Shown: in pieces, positions 12,966 through 26,080 of the stretch
Numbering within the stretch: position 1 is the first letter of the stretch
Layout: every line of letters starts with the position of its first letter
Origin: Chromera velia
Taxonomy: Eukaryota
DNA: 54,558 nt
NCBI GenBank assembly: GCA_018398765.1
Contig: JAHBMJ010000197.1
Coordinates: 1 to 54,558, forward strand
Direction of reading: 5' to 3'
The notes under the pieces: generated by a model
What the model saw: only the letters and a program-made list of their open reading frames with translations
Database searches by the model: none
What the model was told of the DNA's origin: nothing
Position numbers and translations under genes: made by a program

Positions 12966-15252
12966 TCATACCTGACTCTCTCCCAGTGTGTCATGAAATG
13001 ATCGGCTCAAAAGTTCGAATGACTTTCTCATAGCGTCCACCCGATTTTCAATCTTCGTGGTTTCATCTTCTTCTCCCTTCCCTACACCCTGCCCCTCAGT
13101 CCTGTCATCAGGCCACGCCTTCAGAGAGCACACAGGTCTGACTGACTGGGAGGAAGAAAAAGGAAAAGAAGGCAGAGGAGACAATGGCGTGCCTCCGCGC
13201 AAGAGAGAGGAGGATGGCGGAGCTGAGGGCAAGGGTGACGGAGGGACAGAAGAGGGGAGACTCACATCTCCCCCCTTCGTCTCGGTCATTCTTGTTTCCG
13301 TCGTTACAGGACTACTGCGCAGGGGGGCAGAGAGGCGACTCTCGAGCAAACGAAGTGCAGAGAGGCACTGCACCGCAGGGCACACACCCTCCCTATTCAG
13401 CCTCCGTGCCGCATGGACTCTCTTCTCCCTGTCGGCACAGAAGAGAACGAGGCCGAGGAGATTCGGGTTTTCCCACAACGACTCATACTCGAGTACGGTC
13501 TTCCCCGAACTGTCGGGGATGTCCAGAGTAGAGGACCCCCCTTCCTCGAGAATGCACGTCTCCACCAACGCCCCATCCCCACTCTTCACCGCCATTTGGA
13601 GAATTGTCAGCCCCCCACACATCTTTTGTACAGGGGGGGGGGCTGGGAAGGGAGACTCGAAGGCCCCCTTGCCCACACCCACCCGCCATTCTCTGATGAT
13701 GTCTCCCTCCTCCTCCTCCTGCTGCTGCTGCTGCAGGGCAGATGAGATCTGCCACATGGCCCCTCGATTGTGCCTCACGTACGCCGGGTTGGCCCCCCAG
13801 TGGAGGAGTGCACGGATCATCGCGGGGCTCTGTGCAAGTAGGAGAGGATGAAGGCCCTTCCCAGCTTTTCTGTTGCAGTCAGCGCCCGCCTGCACGCGAT
13901 GCGATTGAAGCCAGAGGGGGTGGGTAGGAGAGGGGAATGGAAATTCAAGCAGGCGGCAAGTTGCTCCTTCATTCTTTCTCGCTTTTGCAGACTATCAGCG
14001 AACGAAGAGGAACCCATTCAGTACGTGAGCGTCGGGTGGATTGGTGGGGCGGAGGGAGAATCTAGAGAGTTCCGAACTCTCTATCAGCATGCACGGAGAG
14101 GAATCGAAAAGGAAAGCCGGCATGACTGTGCCGTCTCCGTCTGCCTTCATATACATTCATCACATTAAGTGGTGATGGATATGAGTGATTGATTGATTGA
14201 TCATTTGACCCGGCATTCACTCCCCTCGATCTGCTTGTGAGTCATTACATTTCTTCCTTCAATTTCCTCTCTGTCTGACTGACCTTTGCCAGTTCGTGTA
14301 CCACTTCGACCAGGTCCGCCTCAACCGCCGCATGAAGACTCGTGTCCCCCCTCGCGTTGATCTCCGCCTCTGGGTCGGCGCCCAGGAGAAGGAGCAGACG
14401 GAGAAGTCGGACAGACCCCATGCAGACACCCGCCACAAAAACTGGAGGGCGGGTGGTTTCAGGGAAGTGAACATGGACGCGGGAGAACGGACGAGACACG
14501 TCGGCACCCACCTGTGCGAGAACGCGAATCGCCTCTTCGTTCTGTCGGAGGATGGCTAGGTGGAATGGCGTCGGTTCTCTGACAACACAAGTGAGCTCAT
14601 GGGAGTATTCTCTCCAATTGCGCACCTTGACTGCACACTCGCAACCAGGCGACAATGGGCGGTTCAACTTTTCCAGAGTCACACCACATGTGAGGTTTGT
14701 CAGGATGCGATGGCTTGGGCAGAAGGCTGCAGCGAGGTGGAGCTGCGACCACCCCGTCGACCCTCCCCACGAAGGGTAGAGGGCAGGGTCTCCCTCCTCT
14801 GAACGGAAGAGGAGGGCCACGGTTTCGGATCTGATCCCTACTGTCGGGTCAGAATGACCAACTACACCCCGCAAGTGGTCGTAACAAGCCTCCGCACCCT
14901 CTTTGATGGCCAGTAAGAGAGGCACTTCGACCGACTGCTCAGTCTGTGCCCTGCCTACTTCACCCCCCTCCTGATTTTGTTTCATCAAATTGCAAGACAT
15001 CCCCAGTAGCTGCTGCTGTTGGAGACTCTTCAGAGTGTTGAGGTCATCCTGCTGCATGACGTGTCTTAAATACTTCTGCGTTTCGCTCGACGAGGCGAGA
15101 GGAAGACGAGACAACAGGACCTTCTGTGAAAAGACGTGTCCCGCTGAGTCGTCCAGCAAACCTCTCTGCAGCGTCGTCAACGCGCACACGGACCCCAGAG
15201 ACAGATACCCTGATATCGCAGCCACCTCTAGCGCAAGAGCACCAGTTTGCAT
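12966..15252 (-). CDS. Ankyrin-repeat protein with an F-box-like N-terminus; may have further 3' exons
   Basis: Exon 15252-14284 (donor GTCAGT) joins exon 13889-12972/12966 in phase 0, giving HELAK|AGADCNRKAG. Ankyrin motifs: QLHLAAAF, TPFHLAI, GDTSLHAAVEAD, LTILQMAVKSGD. Ends either at TGA 12966 or splices at GTATGA after 12972. Confidence 0.8.
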
Positions 15253-15519
15253 TCGGTACCTTTACGGTGAAACGGCTTTCGGGGCATGTTGATGCTCTAT
15301 GTCTGGGGGGAAAAAAGCTGCCACTGCTGACCTTGATTGTTTCCTCAAACAATTTTTCGCACCGCAAAGCAGACGAAGCTGACCATGCCGAGGGAATATA
15401 TAATGGAACCACGCTGCCACGTAAAATTACTGCACCACATCAATATATACGTCCAGCAGCAATACGTCCCCTCATGTTCCTTCCTCAAATTTCCTCATGC
15501 CCTTTTCTGGAGTGTCGTG

Positions 15520-15800
15520 ACGTACATGCAATTTAAATTCTGCATGGCGCGAATTTAAGATTCCGCGCACGCGCGCGCAAGGGCCGGCAGTGGCCCCGGA
15601 AAGCGTAGAGAGCTGCATGCATGAGGGGCACTTACAAAGAGTGGAAGCTAGGATCGAATGGCGTATGCGCGTGCGTCAGTTTGACACAGCTGTTACACGC
15701 AATTATATAACGGCCAGTTTGAGACTGGGGCGCGGCCCACGCAAGCGCGGGCCGCCATGCACGGACCGCCAAAAAATCGGCCTGAGCCGATATACAAGGG
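15520..15800. promoter_or_regulatory. CpG-rich putative promoter of the ankyrin gene
   Basis: GCGCGC runs, TGCATGCA (15614-15621), and E2F-like GGCGCGAA and CCGCCAAAAA upstream of the minus-strand start. Confidence 0.35.
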
Positions 15801-16118
15801 CTCTCGGGAAGAGGTTTTGACATCCTCTCTGGGTCTCTTTTGGTTCTGCAAATATGTTAAGTGACTCTATTAATGGGCAGATCTTCTAGTTAGGTGGTAT
15901 AAGGCAGGTTTACGTCAAAAGAAGGGCTTTCAACGGTATCTGGAAGGTCGAGATCAGCGAAATGCCGATTCGGGTTATTCTCCAACTTCCTGCTCAGACC
16001 AATCTCTTCCCTATAATGTCAGCAGAAGAGGCTACTAACATATCGAGCTATTAGATCCATGACCGAGTGTTGTTCAATGGTTTGCAGCCGTTTGCTGTTC
16101 AAATAGGAAAACAAATGG

Positions 16119-16227
16119 TAGCCTTTAGCTGAACTTTGACTATCGACTCTCGTCGCTCATTAAGCTGGATGTCAAACTGAATTCTGTGAAAGACCAGAGC
16201 CGAAGGCGAAAGTTCAGCTAGAGGCTA
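16119..16227. mobile_element. Small inverted-repeat element (MITE-like), TA at both ends
   Basis: TAGCCTTTAGCTGAACTTTGACTATCGACTCT (16119-16150) versus the reverse complement of 16196-16227, TAGCCTCTAGCTGAACTTTCGCCTTCGGCTCT. Confidence 0.55.
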
Positions 16228-17003
16228 GGCACAAGCCATCCAGGCACCTAAGAAGTCCTGCCATATCTAATTAAGGTGTCAGAAACCTTTCCTGCGTTGA
16301 CACCAAGAGACAAAGAACGGTTTCAGGAGGAAGTTTGACAACACTCCAAACCAGTAAGTTGCTAATCAGATTTTTGGCCTTCTAGACACCGTTGGACGCC
16401 ATTCTTTCGTAACAGCCTTCCCCAAGACCACCCAACTAGAGGATCTAGGTAACAGCGTTTCTAGACATCACGGCGTTTGTGTGTAAGCGCCGCGGTACCG
16501 CGGAGGACAGACTCACACACAAAAGCGAGTCCCCAACTATGCAGCTTTCCTTTGTTAATACACCTCGGATCTGGATTCCGATGGTTATGAAAGTGACTGC
16601 GACTTTAGAAAGCGATAATCAATCGCATATCAATCGTATATCAATCGCACATTTGTTTTGTATACAGACATAAGTCAAACGCAGCCGAGAGATGATAAAA
16701 GGGGGGGGTCAAATAGGTTGAGGTGTCTCCAAGTTCAGAGAAGAGAAAACTTTGTGCTTCTAATGCTCCCCGCCTTTTTCCTCTTTTCTCTGTCAGATCT
16801 GTGATTTAATTGATTAATATTATATTTAACAATGCCGAACAATGTTTTATGGTATGTACATTCATGAATAATCATTTTAATATAGTTTGATTCATTTTTA
16901 TTACTACTCATTTGGATATATTGAGGGTTATTGAATCTAATATTGAATAATAGTTTAATTGATGATGAGTTATTGTACTTAGTCTAGCATTAAAAAAATC
17001 TAC

Positions 17004-17066
17004 TGACAACTGAAGAGACCCTAGAGGTCGAAACTGGTTTTATGTAGTATTCTTTCAGTCACTGTG
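17004..17066 (+). ncRNA. Hammerhead ribozyme-like motif (type I topology, stem I eroded)
   Basis: CTGAAGA (17010-16), stem II GACC/GGTC with loop CTAGA, GAAA (17030-33), stem III CTG...CAG, and GTC cleavage triplet ending at 17060. Stem I pairing is poor. Confidence 0.55.
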
Positions 17067-17128
17067 CTGAATCTCTAGAAGATATAAGCTCTAGGTTTGT
17101 TTCCAAGAACAGTTAACCGGCTTTTATA

Positions 17129-17640
17129 GAATAGGATGGGATTTATATTTCGGGCCACCTTGTGGTCCACTGCCGGGCCTCGACTTGCACCCTGAGAGGC
17201 ATGGTTGTCGCCGCGGGGCGGCAAACGGTCAGAAGTAGGCTAGAACCGCGGCACTAGCGCCACGAAAAGCTTGGGCAGGCACCGCGATGCAGCCGCGGTG
17301 CCAATTGGTGAGCACCACGGCTGTGGGCTGCTCTAGAAATGCTGCTGGGCAGAGACGGGAGCAGACTGACGACTCCAAACCTCCCTCCCCGACTTTCCCT
17401 ACCCCCCACTGCGTATTCTCGCAGCTTTCCAAGCTGCCGTCACTCTTGGAGTCGCTGCTCCCCGAGAGGCCGCTACTCGGAGCGCGAAATGTCTCCTTAC
17501 CCCCATCAACACCAGTCCTAAACACCCACCCTCAACAAATGAAAACAATCGACCTCATCTCGCTTCCCAGCTTCCCGATCACTGCAGGACACGATGTAGA
17601 GTCGTCAAGAGCCACCACTGTGGTTCCTCGGACAAAAATT
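17129..17640 (-). mobile_element. Degraded LINE/SINE 3' fragment with CCTAT-type tail
   Basis: Minus strand ends GCAAGTCGAGGCCCGGCAGTGG...ATAAATCCCATCCTAT, resembling the LINE end at 7503-7585. The 5' boundary is approximate. Confidence 0.55.
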
Positions 17641-18416
17641 CTGCTGTCTGTATACATATAGACTTACTGTTCTCGCGATTCCGTCGGTTACGATTATTTG
17701 CGATCCGATCTAAAGAACATGGGAATGGTACGTATATACGAGATACACCCAACCAGTTGGGTGAGTACCTTGGGGGGCTATTTAGGGGTCCGCTAATTGA
17801 TGCATACCATCGGAGGTTTGGGCATGTCTAAGTTGTATGTTGCCATAGGGCGGGGGCCATGGCAGCGAAGTATGCTTTTCGGGACTGCATACGCATTATA
17901 TATATGTACAACTCTGTGCAAGTTACTTGAGGGGCACGCATACGCAAAGTAATTAAGGCATATGCGATCGCGGCTCCATGCGAGTTGCTTGAGGGGCATA
18001 TTTTGGAACTCGGGCGACACTGACCGTGGTGGAGACAGAACCGATCCGGCCCCCCAAAAATGAAAAAATGCGTTATGCGAGTGCGTGCGATCTCAGGGCC
18101 TCTCGGCTGATCTCAGCAGAGCTGAGCTGCCCCCCGAGGCGATAGAGGGCGAGTTTTGTCGCGGCGCCGCCGCGCGCGCACACCGAAGGAATCGTCCCGC
18201 GCCGATCGTCCAGGCCTATACGGAGACGCGTGTACACGTATGAGGCTCTCTCAATTATACTCTCGATATGTCACTTCTGAGTCAAGTTGTGACGACTGCC
18301 ACCTGATCGACACATCGCATGCAGTCTTACTCGATCCTCCCCTAGATTCTGACACGTACTGTCTCTGAAAACGAAACGCCAGGGATCAACTGAAGAGGCG
18401 CCGTGCACAACCGAAG

Positions 18417-20737
18417 ATGAACTCCATTGCCAAGTTCCACGTCCGGCCGGACATTACCGACGCATTGAACAGCGGTCGCGGTTCCCTTGTGGTTGCCTTG
18501 GAGAGCACCATCATTTCTCATGGCATGCCATACCCCCAGAATGTTCGAACTGCACGGGAAGTCGAGAATATAATCAGAAGGAAGGGTGAGTCACCCGTAC
18601 TCTCTCACTTTTGTTTTGCCGTCTCCTCCCCCCTCTCCTCGTTCCTCTCCGTGAGTGAGTGAATGCTCAACATCTATGGCACGTAGGTGCGATCCCCGCG
18701 ACAATTGGAATTGTGGATGGATTCGTCCATATCGGCATGGACGAGGAGACACTCGAGAAGTTCGGGAAAATCGGCAAAGACTGCGTGAAGGTCGGCATGC
18801 ACGGGAGACGGCAACGGGGGGGCTGTAGGAGTGGAGAGCAAATTCTGGAATCGCGATACTCAGAAGAGGCAAAGGTGGTAATTGATCTGTTTAATTGCAT
18901 TTTCTGTCCATGTTCCCTTCGAACCAGAGGAAAAACGCCCTGCGGCTTCCCCATGGATCACTCGAAGATTGGCGTCATTTCTCATGCATGTCCCTCTTCT
19001 ACAGTGTGCGCGCATGTGTGGCATCAACCCACAATTGCATGCCGTGCACATGCACATTCTCGCAGGTCTCCAGACGGGATATCGCCAACGTGATTGCCAA
19101 GGGTTAGAAGAACACATACAGGGGGCCTGCATATGTAGTTACCGAATTTCGTTCGTTCGAAGGACCACTCGATTCATCGAGGGCCCCTTCACAGAATCTC
19201 AATTTGCCTCTCTTTGTTCGTCAAGCTTTTGGTGAATTACTAAGACTTGCCTGGAAACAACCAGACGCTGTCAGACTGACCCGAAGATGAGGTTTTTGTC
19301 TTCTTTCAAAGTTGCCTCAGACTGCATCCGGCCGGGAGTGCACGACAGCGTCTTTTTTTTTTTTTTTTTCTTTTTCTGTCTCCATTCCCCCGCCCCCCCT
19401 GCCGAGAAAAAGGCTTTCTCCCTCTCTCTCCCACGATGCATTTAGACCCCTCACACGTCACGGCCCCCTTCTACTCTTGTCTTCTTCGGCCTGGAAGGAA
19501 GGAAGGCAGATCCGTCACCCTCCCACCCACCCATCTGTCTGTCTGTCTGTCTGTCTGCCGCATGCAGGCCTCACTGGTGCCACAACCGTTGCCTCCACCA
19601 TGCTCCTGGCAAACGAAGTCGGCCACTCTCTCTTTCTCTCTCCCTCTCTCTCTCTCACTCACGCTTGGATGCTTGCTTACTTTCTTGTTTTTTTTTTTTT
19701 TTTGCTTATGTTCAATCGGCAGAGGTTTTGGAATGCCTGCATGGGATGAGAGAGAAAAATCATTGCTGTGCGTTGTTTCATTTGCGTCAATTCGAATCGC
19801 ATTCTCTATCCTTTCGCTGCTGCCCGTGCCTCGCGATCATTCTTCCCTCCTCTCTTTGAATTTGGGCGGTTTCAAGTCAGGCTGGAGAGGTTTAGGGGGG
19901 AGGGATGTAACGGCAAGAACCTTCTTTGTTGTCGGTCTGTCAGTGTGTTATCCTGTCTCTCTGTGAAAAGGAAGCAATAAGTCAGACAGTTGGTCTGCCT
20001 TGCTGCCTGTCTGCCTGCCTGCCTGCCTGCCTGCCTGTGTGTGCGCCTGTAGTTCTATCGGTGATCCATCCCCCCCCCCCGGCTCCTCCTTCCTCCCTTC
20101 AGGTCGGCATTAGGATCTTCGTCACAGGAGGCATTGGGGGAGTGCACAGGGGGGCAGAGACGGTCGGTCTGTGAGCAGGTACCTTCGTTAAGAAAATAGC
20201 GGTGCGTCTGTGCGATTCAGATCAAAAGGAGGCGATTGATGCGGAAGGGAAGGGATTGTTCTGCGACCCCCAGTTTGTGGGGGACGGGGGCAATACATTT
20301 GAGTCTGTCTGCCTCCCTGCGCGGGTCGAAAACGTTTATCTGGAAACTGTCTGTCTGTCAGCTGTGTTACTCTGTTCCAGTGTCCATATTTGAAGAGGCG
20401 GGAAGGGAGGGGAGGCGGTTCATGATCTCTCTCTCTTTCTTTGGTTTTCGAAGACACTTACTGACATTCGGGTACTTCGGGTGTTTTCTGTGTTTATGTA
20501 GAGGCAGAAGTAGCAATATGTGAATGTCTCCTTCCTTCAACGCATTTTTGTTTTTCCAAATTGATTGTCGTGTCTTTTCAGGCTTGTATGTTCACTTTTC
20601 TGTTCAATCAATCAATCAATCAATCAATGTCTGTCTGTGTGTATGTTGTCTACGTGCGCAGAGCTGGGACGTGTCGGCAGATTTGACAGAATTGGGTGGG
20701 TCCATTGATTCGTTCATTGTTGAGTGAGAGAGAAAAA

Positions 20738-20769
<32 letters not shown>

Positions 20770-20795
20770 GAAAAAAAGAAAGAAAGAAAGAGAAA

Positions 20796-20829
<34 letters not shown>

Positions 20830-22065
20830 AACAAACAAACAGGAAGAAAGAAACAAACAAAAAAACAAACAGAAAGAAAGAAAAAGAAAGAAAGAAAGAA
20901 AGAAAGAAGAAAGAAACAAAAAGAGAAAGAAAGCAAGAAAGAAAGAAAGAAAGAAAAAGAGAGAGAAAGAAAGAAAGAAAGAAAGCAAGAAAGCAAGAAA
21001 GCAAGAAAGCAAGAAAGCAAGAAAGCAAGAAAAGAAGAAAGCAAGAAAGAAAGAAAGAAAAGAAAGAAAGAAAGCTCGCATGCATATGCCGGACCTCGAG
21101 GCCCCAGCCGAGAAGGCTGGGCAACCTCGCCAAATTAAAGCCATGGGGGGAAGAAAGAAAGAAAGAAAGAGATAATTAAGTGCAGAAAGAAAAAAAGAAA
21201 AGAAAAGAAAGAAAAGGAGAAAAGAAAGAAAGAAAGAAAGAAAGAAAGAAAAAGGAAGGAAGGAAGGAAGGAAGAAAGAGAATTCGGTCGTGGGGAATGA
21301 ATAGGAGGAGAAGGGTTTGGGGGAGGCGGAGAGCTTCTCTCTCTTTTGGTTTAGGGAATCGCAGAGAAAGGCAAGAAAGGATGGTGTGCTGCATGTGCGC
21401 ATCCGCACTTTTTTGCGTAACACGGCTCGTTCATTGACGCCCCGCGTAGGTGGCCTTTTGGTTTCTTTCCCGAATTTTCCTACACCCTCCCACCCCCCCT
21501 TTTTTTCTCCGATTCCCCCTCTTTCTTTCTCTCCTTCTTTCTTTCTCTGCCTCATTCGTTCCGTCGGGCACTGGTGCATGCGCCAAGTTTTGCTTTCTGC
21601 TTGACTGACTGACTGGGAGGCTGTCTGTCCTTCAGGTCGCACCCCCGTTTGCGTCGTTTGTGCTGGTGCGAAGTCGATTTTGGACATTCCCAAGACGGTG
21701 AGTCAGTCAATGAGTCAGTGCGTGCGTCAGTCGGAAGGAAGGAAGGGACCCGCGCAGTTCGACTCGACTGCCTTTTCTTTCTTTCCATTCGCCTTCGGAT
21801 GGAGATACCATTTCATTTACTTACAGGGCAATGACAGGAGAAGAGGAGAAGAGAGGATGGAAGTGTCCAATGAGAGAGAACGCGAAGGGACGAGAGGACG
21901 ACGAAACAAACGGGGAGGGAGGAATGTCAACGGGGGGGCGATTCGGCTTGGGTCTGTCTGTCTTTCTGTCAGAGAGACCTTCTCTTTCTTTCATTGTCGC
22001 GCCTGCAGAATCCTGGTTTCCGTCTCTGTCCGTCCCCCCTTCTAGCGCCTGCCTACCCTTCGTGT

Positions 22066-22100
<35 letters not shown>

Positions 22101-23719
22101 CGATCGTCTTATTCGTCATTCCTGTTTCTTCCTGAGGTGAGATGAGTGCAGCTGGAGGTTCTCGAGACCCAGGGCGTCCCGGTGGTCGGGTTCAAGACCA
22201 ACCGGTTTCCGGCTTTCTTTACCCCTGGTTCGTCTGGTCTCTCTCTGTCGTGGGAGTTTTTCTTTAATTGTGTGTTTTTTAATTTCCTTTGGGGGGCAGC
22301 GTGGCACACATACGTGTTCTGCTGGTGTCTTTGTGTCAGTCCGTTGCCTTCTTTCTTTTCAATCAACGAAAGTTTTTCTTTTCGAACGGTGAGATGATTC
22401 TTCTTTTTTTTTCGTCTCTTCTTGGCCTTCGACTTTTTCATCTCATTTTATGCATCGAATCCCTGCGTTTACTTTCATACAGAATTCTTTTTCATCTCAT
22501 TTTATGCATCGAATCCCTGCGTTTACTTTCATACAGAATTCTTTTTCATCTCATTTTATGCATCGAATCCCTGCGTTTACTTTCATACAGAATTCTTTTT
22601 CATCTCATTTTATGCATCGAATCCCTGCGTTTACTTTCATACAGAATTCTTTTTCATCTCATTTTATGCATCGAATCCCTTTCACGATCGATCGATAGCC
22701 TTTGGTTCATGCTCCTCTTTTCTTTCTCTTCCTCTTCCTCTGTCTGTCTGATCGCAGACTCTGGATACGCAGCACCGTCTTCTGTTGGTAAGTCTGTCGG
22801 TCGGTCGGTCGGTCTAGTTGTCAGACAGTCTCAGAGACAACAGGGGAGGAACGGGTGTGGGACCGAGGGAGGACAGAAGAGAAAGCCGTTTTACATTCCT
22901 AAGGCATCAGGGGTGACGGTGATGGCCTGAACGAAGTCGGCTCAAGCGTGAGCGCTTCTTGTCGGTTGGGGTAGTATGCATCTTCTGTTTGAATGCGAGA
23001 AAAAATGCTTTTCCTTCATTCCCTCTGGCTTTGACATCCTTTTCTTTTATCGGATCTGTACCAGGCAGCCAGGCAGGGTGGTGTGCAGTGGGCGGTTTTT
23101 CATTTGCGAATGTGTTTCCTCTGCTAGATGCTGACCGACTGGTCCCTTTTCGAAATTCATCTTTCAATTAACTGCTGTCTCCCAGTCACCTGTGTCCGTC
23201 CGTCCGCACGGCCGGGCGCAGGCTGGCTGGCTAGCTGCCTGGCTCCAAGAATGAGTCGCTCTTTCCCTCCTGGTCTACAGCGTGATTGAACGTGTGGGAC
23301 AATGTCGTTCTTTCTATTTTGTTTTTGCAGCATCCGCACAAGAGGCCGCGGCACTTGTCGCAGAACAGTCTCGCATGAACCTGCAGAGTCAGTGGGTGGG
23401 TGAGGGGAACCCTCGAGGAAGTGGGAGGGAGGATTGCCTAGTCAGAAGGGGGGCCTTGAGCGAAGGTACAGGAAAAAGTTGAAAGCCCAGTTTTCTTATC
23501 TATTAATTCATCTTAGTGTTCATCAACATACGATGACAGAAAGAAGTGAATGAGTGTGTGCGTCAATGAGTGCAAAGGTGCCTGGATGACGATTGAAAAA
23601 GGTCGGGTTGTTTGTGCGCTCTTGCCTGGAAAGATTGGACCAGTGCGAGGTTCTTTCTCTGTCTGCCTCTATATCCCTGTGCCGGTCTCTGTCAGTTTGC
23701 ATGTCTCTGTCTTGAAAAG

Positions 23720-23796
<77 letters not shown>

Positions 23797-25568
23797 AAAA
23801 GAGGGAGGCAAGATTTCTTGGTAAAACCTGATGAGAGAACGCAAACAGAAAAACAAGAAAACTTAAAAATAGAACGAAAAAGGAAAGAACCGAGGTTTCT
23901 CTGCCTTTGTCGCTCTGTGTGTGTCTGCAGTGTGTATCTCTCTGTCTCTGCGTAAGATCAAATCCCCCCCCCCATGTTTCGATTGCATTTGCTCGGTCCG
24001 TCAGTTCCCGAGACAACGGACGAGATGCATCCAGTAGGTGCTCTGTCAAGATGGATGGATGGATGGATGGATGGATGAATGAATGGAGGGCTTCGTGCCT
24101 TGCGGATGCATGGAGTCACCCTGGCTTTCCTTGTTCCGAGTAACACGTCCATGTATGTATATGTGCTGGGGTCTATCTATTTGCGTGTCTGTGTGCGTAT
24201 AGTGAGTGCGAATGAACGTGTACTTTCTTTTCAATGCTGCAGATGGCATCGTTCTGGCCGTCCCTGTACCCAGCCACCTGGCTGCGGAGACGGAAGAAGT
24301 CGAAGGAGCCACACAGAAAGCACTCAAGGAAGCAGAGTGAGTACTCGCATGAGAGGGAGCTAGGGAAAGAGAAGACGAGGAGGGAAAGAAGGAGAGGAAA
24401 AAAAGAAACAAACAGACAGAGAAGAATAATGGGTCGGTCCACTGCAGAAAGGCTCAAGAGTCAGTCTCACATCTCACGAATCACTTTTCTTTTTTCCAAT
24501 GTCTTCCTTTTCTTCATTCTCTTCTGTGAGTCCTTTTCCGTCCTCTTTCCCGTTTTTCTTTCTTTTTGTCTCTTTATGCAGAGACGGACGCGTTGGTGGC
24601 CGTGACGTCACGCCGTTCCTCCTCAAAAGGGTGGCAGAGCTGACTGGAGGAAATTCTCTCAAGGCAAATATAGCCCTTGTTAAGTAGGTCCTCTCTCCCC
24701 TGCCCCCTTCCTCTCCCCTCCTTCTAGTTGCCTGATTCCTGCACATAGAGATTTTCGATTCTTTCCGTTTCTTTCCTTTTTCCTTCTTTCTAGTACCTCG
24801 ACTTCGCGAAATGCCTGCAGCGTACATACAGACTTCAGTGAATCTCACAGCTCGAAGGAGGGGAGCAGAAGTAAAATGAAGGGAACGAAGCGAAAGCAAT
24901 GCAAGAGGAAGCATCATGCAACCCCGCACAAGACTGCTATTGATGTGATCGCATTGCAGAAACAACGCTCTTGTGGGCGCTTCGGTGGCTGTAGAGCTTC
25001 AGAAGCGTTTGGCCTCCTCTCGGGCTGCCGTCTTGCTCCCGTCTCTCCGTGAAAACGCGCGTAGAAAAAGGGGGGGCATGAGAGGAAGAGGGGCAATGCG
25101 GTCGCTGTCTCCTTCCCCCGTCGACGCGCCTTTGGGGTCTCCGGCTCTCTCTCCTTCTTCTGCTCCTGCTGCTGCTCTTTCTCTACCTTTGGGTGCCCAG
25201 CGAAGAGGTCTGTCAGCGTCTGCATTGATCGACTCAAAAGATGATCATGAAGAGGCGTCAAGGAGAACAGCGAGCAGAAGCGGCAGAAGGGTGCGGTTTG
25301 CATCGGCTTTCTCTTCTTCTTCATCTGCCTCTTCTTCGACCCGAGTCGCTGTTTTGGGGGGAGCGGCTGTCGACTTCATCTCCAAGTGAGTGAGGGAGAA
25401 AGGGCGGAAAAAGGGGGGGCAATGAACAGCTTTCAGAAGGAGACAGGAGGGGGGGAAGTGCCATAGGGCAGTGTCGTCTTCCCTCCTTGTTTCATGTCTC
25501 GTTTTTCCTTTTTTTACATCGGACGCACAGAGAGGCTGTAGTGTGCAGAGTTTCGAGGCCTTTTTTGT

Positions 25569-25627
<59 letters not shown>

Positions 25628-25976
25628 TTCTAGCTTTCGCGACGGACTGCGCGTCGCTTTCGCATTTCCGAATCCTTGCCACAGTCTCTCTGGTGTCGGT
25701 TGCTGGTTCGGATGTTTCAATTCCCTTACCTCTTTCTGAATTCGACCTGTTTCTTTCTTTGTTTCTTTTCTTTCTTTTCTTTCTTTTTTTCTTTGCTTCT
25801 TTCTTTGCTACTTTCTTTCTCTCTTTTCTTTTTTTCTTTCTTTCTTTCTTTCTTTCTTTTGTTGCAGACCGTCTGACATCACGTCTCGGGGTGCAAGCAG
25901 AACCTCGATGCCCGGGCAAACGAAGATGACGGCCGGAGGTTCGTGTTCGTCCGTTTGGGGCAGAGAGAGACGCACG

Positions 25977-26009
<33 letters not shown>

Positions 26010-26032
26010 GAGAGAGAGAGAGAGAGAGGGAC

Positions 26033-26080
<48 letters not shown>

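Noticed and set aside
18388..18420. CTGAAGAG near the psuG start as a second hammerhead
   Set aside because: No stem II followed by GAAA.
22434..22680. CRISPR-like array
   Set aside because: Units are identical and contiguous with no unique spacers; it is intronic and no cas genes are present.
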